Assembly (NCBI GenBank): GCA_043798995.1 | Contig: JAZDOD010000009.1 | Span: 80,015 to 135,117 of the forward strand | Direction of reading: 5' to 3' | Length of the DNA stretch: 55,103 nt | Origin: a bacterium | Lineage (GTDB): Bacteria > Patescibacteriota > Patescibacteriia > JAACEG01 > JAGUWE01 | Shown: piece by piece, positions 1 to 8,283 of the stretch | How the letters are laid out: every line of letters starts with the position of its first letter | Position numbering within the stretch: the first letter of the stretch is position 1 | Translations under genes and position numbers: made by a program | Notes under the pieces: model-generated | What the model saw: the letters and a program-made list of their open reading frames with translations, nothing else | Told to the model about the DNA's origin: nothing | Database searches by the model: none

Positions 1-2
1 TA

Positions 3-290
3 TACCGTTCGGAAAAACCAATTTTTAAACCTAAGGAGTTATATGAATTAAGCGGCTTAGTTGATATTTTACCAGGTGGATTTAAGGAAATGGGAAAAAT
101 GAGCAAAGAAAAATTAGCAGAATTTATAAAGAAAGAAAAAAAGATTGGTAAAATGCCCCAAGTTATCTTTTGTTGTGGGGCAGTGGTAGCTGGTGACATT
201 CTTAGAATTTATTACGGGGCGAGTGATTCTTTTATTTGTACCGCCACCAATAAGTTAGATAATATTTTAGATATTTATACGAAAAAGTAA
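3..290 (+). CDS. GH130-like glycosidase, C-terminal fragment (5' end outside window)
   Basis: The frame is open from base 3 (YRSEKPIFKPKELYELSG...), so the M at 90 is internal. The tail VIFCCGAVVAGDILRIYYGASDSFICTA resembles the last blade of GH130/DUF377-type glycosidases. Confidence 0.5.
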   Translation, partial: YRSEKPIFKPKELYELSGLVDILPGGFKEMGKMSKEKLAEFIKKEKKIGKMPQVIFCCGAVVAGDILRIYYGASDSFICTATNKLDNILDIYTKK

Positions 291-358
291 CACCAATAAC
301 TTTTATACATTAAATAGAAAATAGATTATTATAGATTATTAAAGAAAGCGATTGATAT

Positions 359-2575
359 ATGACTAAATCAAAAAATCCCTGTATTCTTTATGCCGGCACT
401 TTCCCTCCCCGAGAATGCGGCATTGCTACTTTTACCCAAGATTTAACTAATGCCATTGATAAAGAATTTACGCCGACTATAAAAAGTAAAATTTTGGCAA
501 TTAATGATAATGGCACCTCAATTTATAACTATCCCAAAAAAGTAGTCATGCAGATTAATGAAACTGATATTGAAGATTATCTTAACCGGGCCCAGGAAAT
601 TAACAAATTAAATCACATCAAGTTAGTTAACATTCAGCACGAGTATGGCATTTTTGGCGGCGAATGGGGCAATTATCTATTGCCCTTTTTAGAACTTTTA
701 AAAAAGCCGGTGATAACCACCTTTCACACTATTTTACCCCAGCCTAATGAAAAATTAAAAAAATTAACCCAAAGCATTGTTGCCAGATCTGTTGGCGCAG
801 TGGTTATGACCAGGTCAGCCGGCAGATTACTCGAGGAAGAGTACGGCGTTAATAAATCAAAAATTTTTATTATTCCTCACGGCGTGCATCATGTGCCTTT
901 CCCTTCCAAAAAGAAAGCTAAAAAAAGGCTCAATTTATCAGATCATATTGTTTTATCAACTTTTGGCATGTTGAATCGCGATAAAGGCATTGAATACGCG
1001 ATTTCCGCTTTACCCCAGATCGCCAGAGAGTTCCCTAATATTTTATATTTAGTCATTGGCGCTACTCACCCGGTTGTCCGCCGACAAGAAGGCGAGAAAT
1101 ACCGAAACAAATTAAAAAAAATGGTCTTAAAATTAGGTCTTAAGGATTATGTTAAATTTTATAATAAATATCTAATCCTGCCGGAACTGATTGAATTTCT
1201 TAAAGCCACTGACATTTATATTTCACCCACCCTAAATCCCCGCCAGTCGGTCAGCGGGACTATTTCCTATGCCCTTTCCTGCGCTTGTCCGGTTATTTCC
1301 ACCGCCACTCAATATGCTCAAGATGTGATTGAGCCAAACCGGGGGTTTTTGGTTAGATTTAAAAATCCAGCCGATATTAGAAAAGCTCTTTTTGAAATGC
1401 TTTCTGATAAAAAAGCTCAGAAAGAAATGGGAAAGAATGCTTACTTTTTTTCCCGCCATATGACCTGGCAAAATGTGGCTCTTTCTTATTTTAAGACCTT
1501 TAATCATTTTGCCAAGATTGTGCCCAAAGAAAAAGGCAAGTTGCCCGTCTTTAATTTGGATCACATAAAGGGTTTAACTGATAAATTCGGCATTATTCAA
1601 TTTGCTCATCATACCAGGCCGGATCATCATTCCGGTTATTGTTTGGATGATAATGCCCGGGCGCTTCTGGGTTGCGCCATTTATTATAAAATCAGGCCCA
1701 GCAAGGGGATTTTAAGCTTAATCAATGTTTATTTTAACTTTATAAAATTTTGCCAAAAGCGCAACGGTTCATTTCATAATTTTGTCAGTTACAACCGGAC
1801 TTTTAATGAAAAAAATGAAAGCGAGGATTCTTTCGGTCGGGCTATTTGGGCTTTGGGTTATGTAATAAACAGCGATCATTTGCCACCGAATCTTAAAAAA
1901 CAAGCGACTAAAATTTTTAATAAAGCCATTAAATTAACTTCTTCAATCAATTCTTTGCGTGCCATTGCTTTCACGCTTTTAGGATTATGCTTAGTCGAAA
2001 CCAAATCTCATGATACTAAACGATTAAACTTAATAAAAAAATTAGCCGATAGATTGATTCGGGCTTATTATGATCGCCTTGAAAAAGAAACGCGGCAGAA
2101 TTGGTTTTGGTTTGAGAATTACTTGACTTACTCTAATAGTAAATTGCCGGAAGCTTTGCTTTTCGCCTATCAGATTACTAAAAATAAAGATTATCTTAAG
2201 GTGGCAGAAAGTTCTCTCAAATTTTTAGCCGGGGTTACTTTTGAGAAAAACCATTTTTCTCCCATTGGTCAGGACGGCTGGTATTTTCGCAATGGCAAGC
2301 GGGCTTATTTTGACCAACAGCCAGAAGATACTTCTTCGGCTGTTGAGGCCCTGATAACGGCTTATAAAATTACTAAGAAAAAAGGCTATCAGGTCAAAGC
2401 CAAAATCGCCTTTGAGTGGTTTTTAGGCAAGAATCATTTAAACCAGATGGTTTATGACGAAATAACCGGCGGCTGTTACGATGGCCTGGGCAAATACTCG
2501 CTCAACTTCAACCAAGGCGCCGAATCAACTCTTTCCTATTTTCTGGCGCGTTTGGCCATTGAAGAGGTTTATTAA
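359..2575 (+). CDS. Family 4 glycosyltransferase fused to a C-terminal alpha-helical (six-hairpin/toroid-like) domain
   Basis: 738-aa ORF. The N-terminal ~390 aa has a GT4/GT1 two-Rossmann layout (ISPTLNPRQSVSGTISYALSCACPVISTATQYAQDVI region). The C-terminal ~340 aa (LDDNARALLG, AIWALGY, LPEALLFAY, SSAVEALITAY) shows a repeated helical-hairpin pattern. Confidence 0.7.
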   Translation: MTKSKNPCILYAGTFPPRECGIATFTQDLTNAIDKEFTPTIKSKILAINDNGTSIYNYPKKVVMQINETDIEDYLNRAQEINKLNHIKLVNIQHEYGIFGGEWGNYLLPFLELLKKPVITTFHTILPQPNEKLKKLTQSIVARSVGAVVMTRSAGRLLEEEYGVNKSKIFIIPHGVHHVPFPSKKKAKKRLNLSDHIVLSTFGMLNRDKGIEYAISALPQIAREFPNILYLVIGATHPVVRRQEGEKYRNKLKKMVLKLGLKDYVKFYNKYLILPELIEFLKATDIYISPTLNPRQSVSGTISYALSCACPVISTATQYAQDVIEPNRGFLVRFKNPADIRKALFEMLSDKKAQKEMGKNAYFFSRHMTWQNVALSYFKTFNHFAKIVPKEKGKLPVFNLDHIKGLTDKFGIIQFAHHTRPDHHSGYCLDDNARALLGCAIYYKIRPSKGILSLINVYFNFIKFCQKRNGSFHNFVSYNRTFNEKNESEDSFGRAIWALGYVINSDHLPPNLKKQATKIFNKAIKLTSSINSLRAIAFTLLGLCLVETKSHDTKRLNLIKKLADRLIRAYYDRLEKETRQNWFWFENYLTYSNSKLPEALLFAYQITKNKDYLKVAESSLKFLAGVTFEKNHFSPIGQDGWYFRNGKRAYFDQQPEDTSSAVEALITAYKITKKKGYQVKAKIAFEWFLGKNHLNQMVYDEITGGCYDGLGKYSLNFNQGAESTLSYFLARLAIEEVY

Positions 2576-2579
2576 AATT

Positions 2580-3713
2580 ATGAAAATTGAACAATTAGCT
2601 TATCAAAAAGCCATTGAAGTTCTGGAGCACTGTGTGAGGCCTGGTGGTTTTTATGCTTCGGGACTGCCGGGCGGTTATGAAGCGGTCTGGGCGCGAGACA
2701 GCATGATTTCTTCTTTGGGCGCTTCTTTGGTTGGCGATAAATTTAAAGACACTATTAGAAAAAGCATTGAAACGCTTAGTAAAAATCAGTCGGAATTAGG
2801 CCTTATTCCCAACTGCGTTGGTTCTTATAATACCGACCGCCGTTCGGATGTAACCTTTAATACAATTGATTCGCCGCTTTGGTATCTTATTGGCCATTTT
2901 GTTTATGCCAAAAGATTTGGCGGCCGGTCGCTTTTTAAAAAATATCAGAAAAATATTGAGAAAACTTTTCTCTGGCTGCGTTATCAAGATCCGGATGTTT
3001 TAGGACTTGTTGTTCAACAGCCGACTTCGGACTGGCAGGACGCTTTTCCCCATAAATATGGTTATACTATCAACAGTTTAGCTTTGTATTATCAAGCTCT
3101 TTTACTTTTGAAAAAAAACAAAGAAGCGCAAATTGTCAAAAAGACGACCAACGGCGAAATTAGAAAATACGTTTCTTTGTATGATAAAAAGTTAGGTTAT
3201 TATTACCCTTGGGGCTGGAAAAACCACGATGGCGACCGGGAACATGAAGAATGGTTTGATACTTTAGGCAATCTTTTGGCAATTATTACCGGGCTAGCCA
3301 CTCCTAAAATCGCTACCAAAATTTTAAATTATATTGAAAAAGAAAAAATTAATAGGCCCTTTCCTTGCAAATGCCTTTGGCCGCCAATCAAAAAAAATGA
3401 TCCCGAGTGGCATTCTTATTTTTCTAAATGCGACGCCCGCGCGCCTTACCATTATTTAAATGCCGGCATTTGGCCTTTTATCGGCGGTTTTTATGTGGCG
3501 GCTTTAGTTAAAATGAAAGAATATAAAAAAGCCGAGCGTCAGTTAGAAAACTTAGCTCGGGCCAATCTTAAGAAATTGAGAAATTATGAGTTTAATGAGT
3601 GGTTAGATGGTCGGAATGGCCGGCCGCGTGGCGAACCGTATCAGGCCTGGTCGGCCGGAACTTATCTTTGGGCTTACGAGTGTTTAAAAAGAAAAAAAGT
3701 TTTATTTTTTTAG
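2580..3713 (+). CDS. Six-hairpin glycoside hydrolase, amylo-alpha-1,6-glucosidase (GDE_C) / neutral-invertase-like
   Basis: Start moved to ATG 2580 (MKIEQLAY), 4 nt after the upstream stop. Motifs seen: WARDSMISSLGA, SDWQDAFP, YHYLNAGIWPFIGGFY, QAWSAGTYLWAYE. Confidence 0.6.
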   Translation: MKIEQLAYQKAIEVLEHCVRPGGFYASGLPGGYEAVWARDSMISSLGASLVGDKFKDTIRKSIETLSKNQSELGLIPNCVGSYNTDRRSDVTFNTIDSPLWYLIGHFVYAKRFGGRSLFKKYQKNIEKTFLWLRYQDPDVLGLVVQQPTSDWQDAFPHKYGYTINSLALYYQALLLLKKNKEAQIVKKTTNGEIRKYVSLYDKKLGYYYPWGWKNHDGDREHEEWFDTLGNLLAIITGLATPKIATKILNYIEKEKINRPFPCKCLWPPIKKNDPEWHSYFSKCDARAPYHYLNAGIWPFIGGFYVAALVKMKEYKKAERQLENLARANLKKLRNYEFNEWLDGRNGRPRGEPYQAWSAGTYLWAYECLKRKKVLFF

Positions 3714-3729
3714 ATTTTTTCTCATCTTC

Positions 3730-4875
3730 CTATCGTAAATTCAGCCTTTCTTTGATTGTTTTAATTGCTCTTTTGGCAATTTTCTGATAATGGAAATTTT
3801 TCAGAGCATGTTCGTAGGCATTTTTGCCCATTTCTTCTCTTAATTTGTCATTGGTCAGAAGTTCCTTGGTATATTTGGCTAAATCAGGAACACTGGCCCG
3901 ATAAGCAAAGATTTTTGGCTCGGCAAACTTTATTTTATGAGTGGCGTCAAAACCCATGCTTTCATGGGCCCATTCCTCGGTTAATTTTACGGTTTCGCCA
4001 ACCTCAGCCAAAAAACCGGTTTTATTATGGATAATAGTATCGGCCGGACCGCCGGTGTTAATTGAAATAACCGGTCGTCGGCAGGCTTGAGCTTCAAGCT
4101 GAACCATGCCAAATCCTTCAATTCGCGACGGTGCGGCATAAATGTCGCAAGCAGAGAGAAGATAGCTCATAAAATCATGCGAGTACATGCCGGTAAGATA
4201 AATGATTTTGTTTTTATCCAGTCCCAATTCTTCAATTAAGCGTTCTTCTTCGCGATGATGGGCTTCGGCGCAATCACTTTCAGAGGCCTTGCAGACATAT
4301 TTCCAGGCCTTAAAATCTTTATCAATAACCGCTAAAGATCTAATCATTTCCTGCGCGCCCTTAGAAGTGACGTCGCCGCCAATAGTCAAAATCATTTTTT
4401 CTTCCGGACCTATGCCTAACATTTCCCGAAGGCGCTGAATCTTGGGATCGGATTGAGGGATTGGCTTGATTTCTTCCGGATCAAAGCCGATGGGCAGAAC
4501 TTCAAAATTTTTAGTGTTTACTCCATCTCGAGCATAAGTTTCCTTGACCCATTGGCTGGTTGCAAAAACCAAAGGCAAATCACTTATTATCTGATGATAG
4601 TTGGCTACCCAGCCATTGGCCACAAACCAGGGCACAGGCGAAATACCATTTTTTTGCGGACTCAAAACAATGTCCGGCACATAAGTCCAACAGCCAATGC
4701 CAATGGCAATATCTGGCTGATAAGCGCTGAAAAGCCATTGTTTTTGAAAACTTGGCCCGTGATGGCAGGGCATGACATCAATGCCAATTTCTCGGAGCCC
4801 GCGATAAAGCAAATGCCCCTGAATACTCAGACCATCTGGCTCCGGCGGATAGGCATAAAGGATTGCAACGCGCAT
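3730..4875 (-). CDS. Family 4 glycosyltransferase
   Basis: 381 aa. EGFGMVQLEAQACRRPVISINTGGPADTI is a GT4 E-x7-E region. Confidence 0.8.
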   Translation of the reverse strand: MRVAILYAYPPEPDGLSIQGHLLYRGLREIGIDVMPCHHGPSFQKQWLFSAYQPDIAIGIGCWTYVPDIVLSPQKNGISPVPWFVANGWVANYHQIISDLPLVFATSQWVKETYARDGVNTKNFEVLPIGFDPEEIKPIPQSDPKIQRLREMLGIGPEEKMILTIGGDVTSKGAQEMIRSLAVIDKDFKAWKYVCKASESDCAEAHHREEERLIEELGLDKNKIIYLTGMYSHDFMSYLLSACDIYAAPSRIEGFGMVQLEAQACRRPVISINTGGPADTIIHNKTGFLAEVGETVKLTEEWAHESMGFDATHKIKFAEPKIFAYRASVPDLAKYTKELLTNDKLREEMGKNAYEHALKNFHYQKIAKRAIKTIKERLNLR

Positions 4876-4881
4876 AAATTC

Positions 4882-4959
4882 GTCATTCCTGCGAAAGCAG
4901 GAATCTATTTATAAATAAAATTTTATTATTTTTGGATTCCGCGTCAAGCACGGAATGAC
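4882..4959. repeat. GC-rich composite hairpin repeat, family A copy 1 (GTCATTCC...GGAATGAC)
   Basis: GTCATTCCTGC-GAAA-GCAGGAATC, then an AT spacer, then GGATTCCGCG-TCAAGCA-CGGAATGAC. The outer termini are inverted. The same architecture occurs at 40111, 44101 and 46517. Confidence 0.8.
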
Positions 4960-4962
4960 ATT

Positions 4963-5568
4963 CTATATTTTAGCTTTTAGAAAAGTTTCTGTTTTTTTAG
5001 CGCTTTGATATTCAAAAGAATCTTGGCTAAAGCCGTAAAATTTTTCAATTAATTTTTGTTTGAGTTTAAAATTTTTTGACCCCCCTTTAAAATAAAAATT
5101 AGTTTTTTCAAGATTATTAACGATTTTTTTATCAATAGTTTTATAAGCGAAGTAAAACAAATTAGAACAGATTAATTTCTTTTTTTGGGCGAATTTTTTA
5201 ACTATCTGATTGACACCTTTGTGGCGGGGATGACCATATTCTCCGTTGGCGCCGTGGGTAAAAATATAATCGTATTTTTTTTTGCCGACAAAAGGCGAGA
5301 ACCGGCGTTCTATTTCCGACAAGCTTTGGGCCAAGGTTAATTTTGCTTCGTCATCTAAATCAGACATCAACCCTTTAGCGCCGTAGAAACGGCAGACTTT
5401 ATAAAATTTGGGAGCGCGATCTGGGTCGGTTTTGCGGCAGAGTGAAAAAATTGTCCAAGAAACTTTGGGATTGCTTAAAATAACTTCGCCCATCCAGATG
5501 GTTTCATCGTCCGGATGAGCGACAACTACTAACGCTTTCGTGTCATTTTCCAATTTTAATCTTTGCAT
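4963..5568 (-). CDS. PIG-L (LmbE-type) family de-N-acetylase
   Basis: VVVAHPDDETIWMG and GEYGHPRH motifs; 201 aa. Confidence 0.8.
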   Translation of the reverse strand: MQRLKLENDTKALVVVAHPDDETIWMGEVILSNPKVSWTIFSLCRKTDPDRAPKFYKVCRFYGAKGLMSDLDDEAKLTLAQSLSEIERRFSPFVGKKKYDYIFTHGANGEYGHPRHKGVNQIVKKFAQKKKLICSNLFYFAYKTIDKKIVNNLEKTNFYFKGGSKNFKLKQKLIEKFYGFSQDSFEYQSAKKTETFLKAKI

Positions 5569-5605
5569 ATATTCCTGTCAACAGTTTAACATAAAAAAAT
5601 AAATT

Positions 5606-6376
5606 ATGGAAGTGATTATTACTAAAAATTATCAAAAAATGTCCGAGGTTGCTGCTTCGGTTGTGGCTAGGGCTATTGCCAAAAATAAAAAGATTGTTTT
5701 GGCCTTGCCGACCGGCAAAACACCGCGGGAATTGTACCGCTTTTTAATTAAAGCTTATCGGCGCGGCAGTATTAGTTTTAAAAAAGCAGTTGCTTTTAAT
5801 TTAGATGAATACATCGGTTTAAGTCCGGCGGATAAAGCCAGTTATCATTTTTATATGAAAGAATTTTTTTTTAAGTTTATTGATATAAAATCTAAAAATA
5901 TTTTTATTCCCGATGGCCAAGCCCGCCTGCCAAGGCCTGGAGCCAAGGCGACTGGCGGGCAGGCTAAAAATTTAGCCGCCGAATGCCGCCGTTACGAGAG
6001 AGAAATTAAAAAGCAAAATGGTCTTGATTTGGCAATTTTGGGTTTAGGCAAAAATGATCATCTTGGCTTTAACGAGCCGGGCTCAAGTTTTAATTCCAAA
6101 ACCAGAGTAGTTAAATTATCAGAAGCGACGAGAAAAACCAACGCTAAATTTTTTAAAGGCAGAAAAATTCCCAACTTTGCTATTACTATGGGACTTAAAA
6201 CAATTTTTTCCGCCAAAAAGATAATCCTTCTGGCTTCGGGCAGGGAAAAAGCTGAAGCGGTTAAAAAAGCTCTAAAAGCGCCGATTAGTCCTCAAATTCC
6301 AGCTTCAATTTTGCGTCAACACCCCAATGTGATTTTTATTCTTGACCGCGCCGCGGCTTTCAAAATAAAAAAATAA
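5606..6376 (+). CDS. nagB: Glucosamine-6-phosphate deaminase (carries a 14-codon repeat-derived insertion)
   Basis: LALPTGKTP, DEYIGL and GLGKNDHLGFNEPGS motifs. The extra segment ARLPRPGAKATGGQ is encoded by the GC-rich element at 5922-5963. Confidence 0.85.
   Translation: MEVIITKNYQKMSEVAASVVARAIAKNKKIVLALPTGKTPRELYRFLIKAYRRGSISFKKAVAFNLDEYIGLSPADKASYHFYMKEFFFKFIDIKSKNIFIPDGQARLPRPGAKATGGQAKNLAAECRRYEREIKKQNGLDLAILGLGKNDHLGFNEPGSSFNSKTRVVKLSEATRKTNAKFFKGRKIPNFAITMGLKTIFSAKKIILLASGREKAEAVKKALKAPISPQIPASILRQHPNVIFILDRAAAFKIKK
5922..5963 (+). repeat. Family B GC-rich element, 42-nt form, in frame inside nagB
   Basis: The sequence is cccgcctgccaaggcctggagccaaggcgactggcgggcagg. It is 42/42 identical to the reverse complement of 15086-15127 in topA, so both copies have the same orientation relative to the coding strand. 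Confidence 0.9.
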
Positions 6377-6400
6377 GACATTTTTAATTCGTTTTTTAGT

Positions 6401-6738
6401 ATGAATTTTAAAAAGCTTCTAAAGAAGCTTTTTAAAATTCATGATCTTAAATTTAATATTTTTGGTATCAACTACTGGTGTCGGTTACAGAACATTATTA
6501 GGACTATACTGGACAATTCTGAAGCTATTAAGAGCTGCTTTGAGCAAATGAATTTAATAAAGTCAGAAACGATCAATACTTAACAATCTATGACGGCAAT
6601 TTTAATGCTTCAAATAATAACTTTAGAATTGGTTACCTAGTAAGAGCATTTGATTGGCTCCGCACTGTGAACAATGTTAGAATTATTATTCAGCGGTCAA
6701 ATGAGTATATTTATGTTCCAAAACTGGAACTATTCTGA
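6401..6738 (+). pseudogene. Possible decayed gene: 60-codon ORF followed by a 58-codon Met-less open frame in another phase
   Basis: ORF 6401-6583 ends at TAA. A second frame (…YDGNFNASNNNFRIGYLVRAFDWLRTVNNVRIIIQRSNEYIYVPKLELF*) opens shortly before that stop, overlapping the first ORF's end, and runs to 6738. I recognised no family. Confidence 0.2.
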
Positions 6739-6756
6739 CTTATACTTAGAATATAA

Positions 6757-8121
6757 TTAATCCGGCAAACGCGGATTTAAAGAAATATCCCTATCACTAA
6801 ATAATTCTAATACAGTATTATCTTTTTGAAGGTCAATGGCTGTTAAAATTCTCGAAACTTTATTTGCGTCATTACTAGTATCATTAAAAACTATGTATCG
6901 TCCTCTTTGGGAAAAATAAACTTCTCCTTGTAAATAATGATTTCCCGTTACAGTGTATCTAAAATCAATTTGTCCATTGTCTAAATTTAAAGTGTAAATA
7001 TTATTATGACCACTTAAAACAAGAGTCTTTTCATCTTCCGACCAATTGTTTATCCGAGATAATCCATCAGCACTCAAAATAGATGAGATGTCAAAGTTTT
7101 TTTGTGGAGTAGAAAGATTGTCACTGCTATATAGCATCAAATCCCACTTCTTGTTTTCGTTTTTGTTAATAATTGCAAATTTAGATAATGATGGACTAAA
7201 AGATACATCTATAGGATCTTTCTTGTTATTTTTATCTTCAAAATCACCTATTTGTTTTATCTTGTCATTGTTAGCATCGTAAATATATATCGGCCAAAAT
7301 TTAAACCTCCATTCAGCTGGTACCGCAATTGAATAAAATCCAGCCAATATATTTTTATTAGAATCCCAGTTGGACCATATATATTTGTTGTCGCCAAAGG
7401 AGTAATATTCCTCATAATCATTATACCATTCGTCTTTTTTCCCGACCGCTTTATAAGCAGAATCAAGAATAGTGGTTGGAGAACAATTTTTTATTCTTGT
7501 ATCACATATGAATTCTTCTGCTTTCAAGATTGGAGGAGAATCTATATAATTATTTGGTTTTTTTGTCTCATCATAGGTAATAGAAACAATTATAGCTTTA
7601 TCATGGTCTTCTGATAAGAGATAGGTGCTATTTGATATGCTGATTTGATTATTTTTTGTTTCTTCTGGCAACCCAGTATATTCAGAAAGATCATAAAAAT
7701 TAGTTTCGATTTTTTTTAATTCCTTTGTATCTATATTCAGTATGTAATCATCGCCTTCAATATTGCACAAAATTGTATCTTGAATTTGTGGCATTACCAA
7801 TTTACCTTCACCAAGAGGATTATATCCGTTTAATATTTCGGCCCCATCCAAGTAGCCATCATTATCTGAATCAGAATTATTTGGGTTTGTTCCGTATTTT
7901 GTTTCGTCATTATCAGTAAGACCATCATTATCGGAATCTTTGACAACTGATTCACTTTTTGTATCGGTTGGTCGGGAGTTTTTCATCCAAAGCCAAGCAC
8001 CTCCTCCTATGGCTAGCAGAACGACTAATATGACAATCAAAATAATTCCCGTCTTGGACTTTTTCACAGGCTCATAATTTGTATCTTGATAGTCACTTGG
8101 GTCTATTTGTTGGTTAGGCAT
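6757..8121 (-). CDS. Membrane-anchored thrombospondin-type-3-repeat protein with a large C-terminal extracytoplasmic domain
   Basis: N-terminal TM helix (GIILIVILVVLLAIGGGAWLW), then DSDNDGLTDNDE...NPNNSDSDNDGYLDGAEILNGYNPLG. Confidence 0.6.
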   Translation of the reverse strand: MPNQQIDPSDYQDTNYEPVKKSKTGIILIVILVVLLAIGGGAWLWMKNSRPTDTKSESVVKDSDNDGLTDNDETKYGTNPNNSDSDNDGYLDGAEILNGYNPLGEGKLVMPQIQDTILCNIEGDDYILNIDTKELKKIETNFYDLSEYTGLPEETKNNQISISNSTYLLSEDHDKAIIVSITYDETKKPNNYIDSPPILKAEEFICDTRIKNCSPTTILDSAYKAVGKKDEWYNDYEEYYSFGDNKYIWSNWDSNKNILAGFYSIAVPAEWRFKFWPIYIYDANNDKIKQIGDFEDKNNKKDPIDVSFSPSLSKFAIINKNENKKWDLMLYSSDNLSTPQKNFDISSILSADGLSRINNWSEDEKTLVLSGHNNIYTLNLDNGQIDFRYTVTGNHYLQGEVYFSQRGRYIVFNDTSNDANKVSRILTAIDLQKDNTVLELFSDRDISLNPRLPD

Positions 8122-8171
8122 AAGGTTATTATTAAGATTTAGTTGTTTTAATTATAGCAAAAATTCAATTA

Positions 8172-8190
8172 TAAAAAACCCCTTGCGGGT
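8172..8190 (-). terminator. Intrinsic terminator candidate downstream of 8284-9291
   Basis: The - strand reads ACCC-GCAAG-GGGT followed by TTTTTT. The stem is short (4 bp). Confidence 0.35.
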
Positions 8191-8283
8191 ATTTTTTAGA
8201 TTCGCCGGGTCAAAAAAAATATCCTGGATAATATGAGCGTTTTTTAAAATAAAATTAGTTGAGGATTTCAAAGAGTTGAATTT

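Noticed and set aside
1232-1564. Numerous 60-150-codon ORFs in the track that lie antisense to, or out of frame within, longer recognisable genes. Examples: 1232-1564, 2796-2987, 3765-4034, 4453-4914, 7046-7466, 10233-10463, 11169-11399, 14676-15236, 15776-16313, 17554-18850, 19279-19620, 21664-22167, 23597-23822, 24301-24564, 24809-25090, 25564-25851, 27419-27658, 28193-28447, 28863-29618, 31161-31364, 33092-33343, 36056-36386, 37741-38109, 38414-38689, 39487-39799, 41133-41995, 42151-42462, 48379-48747, 49637-50006, 51569-52184, 53886-54068 and 54500-54697.
   Set aside because: Each overlaps a longer ORF with clear family motifs on the other strand or frame. They lack recognisable motifs and show the compositional look of shadow ORFs.
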